A stretch of DNA of 63,497 nt, filler included. It is 6 parts of 6 records of this genome, joined end to end, with 100 filler letters (N's around TTAATTAATTAA, not from the genome) between each part and the next. Parts side by side here need not be neighbours in the genome. Positions count along the whole stretch, not along the records: positions 57,164 to 63,497 come from SRR2962707_4921; 5 more parts are not named here. One strand, 5' to 3'. Below, in pieces: positions 59,020-63,497 of this stretch (its first letter is position 1; each line of letters starts with the position of its first letter). The translations under genes and the position numbers were made by a program. The notes beneath the pieces were generated by a model that saw nothing but the letters and a program-made list of their open reading frames with translations, had not been told where the DNA came from and made no database searches.

Positions 59020-60006
59020 ATGTCGCTGAACCTGATTGATCCCCGTCTCAAACTGCGCCACCTGCGCTGTTTTCTCGAAGTTGCCCGGCTTGGCGGCGTG
59101 GCCAAGGCCGCCAGTGCTTTAAACATGAGTCAGCCAGCTGCCACCAAGACCATTCAGGAATTGGAGGCGATTCTGGGGGTGGCCCTGTTCGATCGCAGCC
59201 GTCGTGCGTTGACCCTGACCAGCCTGGGCGAAATGTTCCGCCTCCACGCTGCCAATGGTATGGCCGCTCTTTACCAAGGCGTGCAGGTGGCCGGGCAGGC
59301 AACGGCAACCGGCATGGTAAGGGTTGGTGCCTTGCCAACGGTTTCGACTGCTATTCTGCCGACCGCCCTGGCAACGTTGACCGCCGATGGCGTCGTCGTG
59401 CCCGCTCGGGTCATTACGGGCCCAAACGCCTATCTGATTGACCTGCTGCGCGCGGGCGAGATCGACTTCGTGGTCGGTCGTATGGCTGATCCGCACGACA
59501 TTACGGGCCTCAGCTTTGAGCACCTGTATTCTGAACTGGTCTGCGCCGTGGTGCGCAAGGACCATCCTTTGACCCGTCAGTCAGCCCCCGTACTCTCGAC
59601 TCTGGCCGATTATCCCTGGTTGATGCCGCCCCCGGATGCGGTGATCCGTCCGACGGTTGAACGTTTCCTGCGCGCCCATGACGTGCCACTTGCCGAGACG
59701 GTGCTCGAAACTGTCTCGGACAGCTTTGCCCGCAACTATCTGCGGGCCACTGATGCCATCTGGTTCATTTCCGAAGGCGTCGTCGCGCCTGATTGTCGCG
59801 ACGGCCTTCTGGCCATGTTGCCGTTTGCCATGCAGGAGACGCTGGGACCCGTCGGGTTGACCACTCGGGTCGATGTCACGTTGAGCCCGGCCGCGGCCAG
59901 TATCCTGACGGCCATTCGCCACACGGCGCGCACGCTGGCAGACGCCAGGCCTACTCAGGGCCAGGCAGCGAAAGACCCGGCGGGACGTGCCGCGCGGCTT
60001 GCATAG
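59020..60006 (+). CDS. pcaQ: LysR-type pca operon regulator
   Basis: IDPRLKLRHLRCFLEVAR HTH, VGALPTVS, DAIWFISEGVV; divergent from pcaDCH. Confidence 0.9.
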   Translation: MSLNLIDPRLKLRHLRCFLEVARLGGVAKAASALNMSQPAATKTIQELEAILGVALFDRSRRALTLTSLGEMFRLHAANGMAALYQGVQVAGQATATGMVRVGALPTVSTAILPTALATLTADGVVVPARVITGPNAYLIDLLRAGEIDFVVGRMADPHDITGLSFEHLYSELVCAVVRKDHPLTRQSAPVLSTLADYPWLMPPPDAVIRPTVERFLRAHDVPLAETVLETVSDSFARNYLRATDAIWFISEGVVAPDCRDGLLAMLPFAMQETLGPVGLTTRVDVTLSPAAASILTAIRHTARTLADARPTQGQAAKDPAGRAARLA

Positions 60007-60824
60007 TCATGGCGATACTGTCTGGGTGACATACCCGTCAGACGCTTGAAGAAGCGGCTGAAATAGGCGGGATCGTCAAACCCTAGCAGCGCCGCTACCC
60101 GATCAATTTGCAGTCCTGAGCTTTCCAGCATTTGCCGTGCCGCCGCGCAGACGCGGTCGTGAATCACCTCAAGCGGCGCCTTGCCAAGCGCGCGGCGCAC
60201 AGCTGTATTCAGGCGGTCGGTCGATACCCCCATGGCGGCGGCGTAGTCGGCCACCTTCCACTGGTCATGCAGATGCACTTCCACCAGTTGCAGGAAATGA
60301 TCGACGATAAACCGGGGCAGGGGCCGTGCCTCATGCGAGACCAGTTCGCTCATTCGCCACAGCCCGATAAACACTGCCGCCAACAAGTGCCGCACCATTT
60401 CGGGCGCGCCGGGCTTGCTCGCTCGCAACTCGCCTTCAATAGCCAGCAGGTGATCGGTCAGGCCCCGGGCCACATCAGGCTTGAGGGTGGTTCCCAATTG
60501 CGGGCGCAGCAGCATGTGGCGCAGATCATCGGCGATGCTGCCGGGCAGGGCGACATGACCCAGTGCCTGACCCGTCACGGCCAGCCACGCACCGCTTGAT
60601 CCCGCCTGCATTGTCAGATGCGCTGATTGCCCCTCTGGTAGCCACACCAGACAGGGGGCCCGCAGCGCCACGTCTTCGGAGCCAACCAGAATGCTGCCCG
60701 AGCCCGATGTCATCACAAAAAACCTGCTGCGCCGCCCGTGCAGCGTCCATTGCCCCACATCAAGCGCGGAGCGAACCGCTTGGGCTTCGAGTTCCTGAGT
60801 GATATCGCGGGTCGATTGCGGCAT
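59955..60824 (-). CDS. AraC-family regulator (PobR-like)
   Basis: C-terminal double HTH (WKVADYA...LGFDDPAYFSRFFKR); aromatic-catabolism context. Confidence 0.85.
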   Translation of the reverse strand: MPQSTRDITQELEAQAVRSALDVGQWTLHGRRSRFFVMTSGSGSILVGSEDVALRAPCLVWLPEGQSAHLTMQAGSSGAWLAVTGQALGHVALPGSIADDLRHMLLRPQLGTTLKPDVARGLTDHLLAIEGELRASKPGAPEMVRHLLAAVFIGLWRMSELVSHEARPLPRFIVDHFLQLVEVHLHDQWKVADYAAAMGVSTDRLNTAVRRALGKAPLEVIHDRVCAAARQMLESSGLQIDRVAALLGFDDPAYFSRFFKRLTGMSPRQYRHDYASRAARPAGSFAAWP

Positions 60825-60969
60825 CCGTCAAAAGTACAAGTTTCTCCTCAAAAAGTCTATTCTTCTCTCTCGATGCTGCTCCTAAGCTCCACTTAGTCGA
60901 TGGCATTGCGGCCGTAGAGCCGGGTCATCGCATACGGGTTCCCTTTGGGTCCCACAGGAGGAGATATTC

Positions 60970-62202
60970 ATGAACGTACTTTCGCGCAGGAGCGCCCTGC
61001 AAAGCTTTGGTCTGGTGGCCGCTCTCATGCTGAGCGCCAGTTCGCTGGCCGTTCAGGCCGAAGACCGCACCTCGGTCAAGATCGGTTATGCCGTGTCCTT
61101 GTCCGGTGCCAATGCTGGCGGTGCCGGCATCACCACAGTGCCCAACTACAAGCTGTGGATTCACGAGGTCAACGAAGCCGGCGGCCTTGAGATGCCCGAT
61201 GGCTCGCGTCTGCCCATCGAAGTCATCGAATATGACGACCGTTCGGCATCTGAAGAAGTTGTCCGTGCCGTTGAGCGTCTGGCGACCCAAGACAAGGTCG
61301 ATTTCATTCTGCCGCCCTGGGGCACGGGCTTCAACCTCGCCGTCGCACCGCTGTTTGACCGCTTCGGCTATCCCCAGCTTGCCGTTTCGGCCGTGACCGA
61401 CAAGGCACCTGAATTCGTCGAGCGTTGGGACAAAAGCTTCTGGCTTCTCGGCGGTGGTGCCGACTACACCAAGGCGCTGGCTGAGGTTCTCACCAAGGCC
61501 CGAGATGAAGGCACCATCAACAACAAGATCGCCATGATCTCGGTCGCTGATGGGTTCGGTATCGATCTGGTGACGGCTGCACGTCCAGCCCTGACCGAGG
61601 CAGGTTTCGAGCTGGTTTATGACACCAGCTATCCGCCAACCACGTCCGATTTCTCGCCCATGCTCAATGAGTCGGCAGGCAGCGGCGCTGATACCTTTAT
61701 CGCTTTCTCCTATCCGCCTGACACCTTCGCCATGACGGCGCAGGCACAGGTCGCCGACTTCAATCCCAAGGTCCTCTATATGGGCGTTGGTGTTGGCTTC
61801 CCCGCTTTTGGTGCCGCCAATGGCGCCAATGCCGAGGGCATTATGAGCCTGGGTGGTATTGATCCCAACGATGCGGCCAATGCCGACTATCGTGCCCGCC
61901 ATGAAGCCTTTATCGGTGCAGCACCCGACCTCTGGGGCAGCGTGATCACCTATACCTCGCTGCAGATGCTCGAAGAGGCAATCAAGCGCGTCGGTCTGGA
62001 TCGTGAGGCAGTGTCTGCCGAGCTCTCCAACGGCACCTTCGAAACCGTGCTCGGTGAGACCAAGCTGGAAGACAACCAGTTGCGTAACCTGTGGTGGACG
62101 GGTCAGTGGCAGAACGGCATGTTCGTCGGCATCGAGCCATCGGATCGCGCCGGTGCCAGCACACCCATGCTGCCCAAGGCACCTTGGGTCGCAGCACAAT
62201 AA
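60970..62202 (+). CDS. HAAT/Liv-family ABC substrate-binding protein, probably for aromatic acids
   Basis: Signal peptide, KIGYAVSLSG, EYDDRS, DKVDFILPPWGT; GGAGGAG RBS; beside pca genes. Confidence 0.88.
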   Translation: MNVLSRRSALQSFGLVAALMLSASSLAVQAEDRTSVKIGYAVSLSGANAGGAGITTVPNYKLWIHEVNEAGGLEMPDGSRLPIEVIEYDDRSASEEVVRAVERLATQDKVDFILPPWGTGFNLAVAPLFDRFGYPQLAVSAVTDKAPEFVERWDKSFWLLGGGADYTKALAEVLTKARDEGTINNKIAMISVADGFGIDLVTAARPALTEAGFELVYDTSYPPTTSDFSPMLNESAGSGADTFIAFSYPPDTFAMTAQAQVADFNPKVLYMGVGVGFPAFGAANGANAEGIMSLGGIDPNDAANADYRARHEAFIGAAPDLWGSVITYTSLQMLEEAIKRVGLDREAVSAELSNGTFETVLGETKLEDNQLRNLWWTGQWQNGMFVGIEPSDRAGASTPMLPKAPWVAAQ

Positions 62203-62238
62203 TATCGACTAACACGTGACCATGCAGGAGGCGGCGGC

Positions 62239-63111
62239 GTGATCGTAACCGCAATCATATCCGGGCTTGTGCTCGGAGGAACATATGCGCTTGTCGCAAT
62301 GGGGCTGACGCTCCAGTACGGCATCTCGCGCATCATGAACCTCGCCTATGGCGAAACCATCATCATCGCCGCCTTCTGTGCCTATCTGCTGGTAAGCCAG
62401 CTCGGCATCAATCCTGTGCTCGGGCTGGTAATCATCCTGCCCGGCGCATTCGCCTTCGGCTATCTGGTCTATGGCCTGATGATGCAGCCGCTGGTCAGAC
62501 GCTCCGCCAAGAGCGGCACCCTGGAAGTGGACTCCATTCTGGCCACGTTCGGTCTGCTGTTTGTGCTGCAGGGCGTCATGCTGGTTGTCTTCGGTTCCAA
62601 CTACACCAGCTATAGCTATCTCAATTTCGGCGTTCAGATCTTTGGTGCCACCATTGGTGCCAACCGTCTGCTGGCTTTCGTGTTGGCGGTGGTGATCGGC
62701 GCCGCGCTCTACCTTGCCTTGACCCGCACCCGCTGGGGCACCGCCATTCGCGCCGTCGCTGTCGCGCCGCAATCGGCCCCGCTTGTCGGCATCGACGTCA
62801 ATCGGACCGCCCGCTTTGCCTTCGCTCTGGGGGCCACACTGGCAGCGTCTGGCGGTGTGATGATTTCGATGTACCAGACCTTCACCGCATCCATGGGCGT
62901 GATTTTCACGATGAAGGCGCTGGTGGTGGTCATCATGGGCGGGCTGGGCAATCTGATGGGCGCGCTGGTCGCTGGTCTGTTGCTTGGTCTGGTCGAAACC
63001 CTGGTCGCTACCTATGTCGATCCCGGGCTTACCCTGGCGGCAACCTATGCAATTTTCCTGGCCGTGCTTCTGTGGCGCCCGTCGGGCCTGTTCGGAAAGG
63101 CTGCCAGCTAA
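62239..63111 (+). CDS. LivH-type ABC permease
   Basis: YALVAMGLTL, NLAYGE, TRWGTAIRAVA, GGLGN, RPSGLFG. Confidence 0.92.
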   Translation: MIVTAIISGLVLGGTYALVAMGLTLQYGISRIMNLAYGETIIIAAFCAYLLVSQLGINPVLGLVIILPGAFAFGYLVYGLMMQPLVRRSAKSGTLEVDSILATFGLLFVLQGVMLVVFGSNYTSYSYLNFGVQIFGATIGANRLLAFVLAVVIGAALYLALTRTRWGTAIRAVAVAPQSAPLVGIDVNRTARFAFALGATLAASGGVMISMYQTFTASMGVIFTMKALVVVIMGGLGNLMGALVAGLLLGLVETLVATYVDPGLTLAATYAIFLAVLLWRPSGLFGKAAS

Positions 63112-63497
63112 TGTCGCGTACTATTATCGGCTTCGGCGTGTCTCTTCTGGCGCTGATTGGTCTGGTCATCCTCCCCACGGTCATTGATGCCTATGGTGTC
63201 GGCCTGCTGCTAGGTCTGGCCGGCTATGTGACCCTGGCCACGGCATGGGCTCTGTTCTCGGGGCCAACCCGCTATGTCTCACTGGCCACGGTCGCTTTTT
63301 TTGGCATCGGCGCCTATACGGTCGCTGTCCTGTCCGAAACCTTGCCCTATCCGCTGGTCCTGCTGGTGGCAGCGCTGATCGGTATGGTGGTTGCCGTGCT
63401 TGTCGGATTGGCGACTCTGCGCCTGGCGGGTGTCTATTTCGTGATTTTCACCTTCGGCCTGGCCGAACTGATCCGCCAGCTCGTCACCTGGTATGAG
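63111..63497 (+). CDS. LivM-type ABC permease (3' truncated by the window end)
   Basis: TAATG overlap; MSRTIIG...WALFSGPTRYVSLATVAFFGIGAY...LRLAGVYFVIFTFGLAE. Confidence 0.9.
   Translation, partial: MSRTIIGFGVSLLALIGLVILPTVIDAYGVGLLLGLAGYVTLATAWALFSGPTRYVSLATVAFFGIGAYTVAVLSETLPYPLVLLVAALIGMVVAVLVGLATLRLAGVYFVIFTFGLAELIRQLVTWYE

Noticed and set aside
1-63497. CRISPR array, cas genes, rRNA, reverse transcriptase or intact prophage
   Set aside because: No regularly spaced repeats or matching protein/RNA motifs were found by eye.

Overview
This window is not one locus. It is six unrelated contigs joined by 100-nt artificial linkers (44 N + TTAATTAATTAA + 44 N); taxon calls are inferred from gene content and composition. 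(1) 1-10189, Rhodobacteraceae-like: yejABEF with an extra coupled membrane gene, cytochrome c, pheA, nudC, a cpdB-like nucleotidase and a partial SRP RNA. (2) 10290-15891, high-GC Hyphomicrobiales (Devosia-like): ileS-lspA, a lipoprotein, rluB-rsmD, znuB-zur. (3) 15992-36283, Rhodobacteraceae-like: znuA/zur-znuCB, an ECF sigma/anti-sigma/periplasmic-sensor/EF-hand module, PleD-like and H-NOX-linked diguanylate cyclases, MscS and tRNA-Gln. A higher-GC island follows, with a large serine recombinase whose last codons lie inside the tRNA and a decayed type I R-M locus (frameshifted hsdR, in-frame hsdM'::GIY-YIG chimera). (4) 36384-51606, AT-rich Bacteroidota: a T9SS-associated locus (tail-fibre/S74 protein, type-B CTD protein, PorP/SprF) converging on a TPR-CHAT protein lacking its catalytic Cys and a giant PorE-like OmpA/LysM protein with a helical-repeat insert. 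Then cysS, a repeat-bracketed orphan gene, mazG and glmM. (5) 51707-57063: peptide/sugar ABC transporter, mgtC, a degenerate repeat cluster and IS3/HAD remnants. (6) 57164-63497: pcaHCD/pcaQ, a PobR-like regulator and an aromatic-acid ABC transporter. The best leads are the CHAT pseudo-protease/PorE-like/T9SS fibre locus, the tRNA-overlapping recombinase island, the H-NOX lacking haem ligands and the GATTTGAAGATT-bracketed gene.
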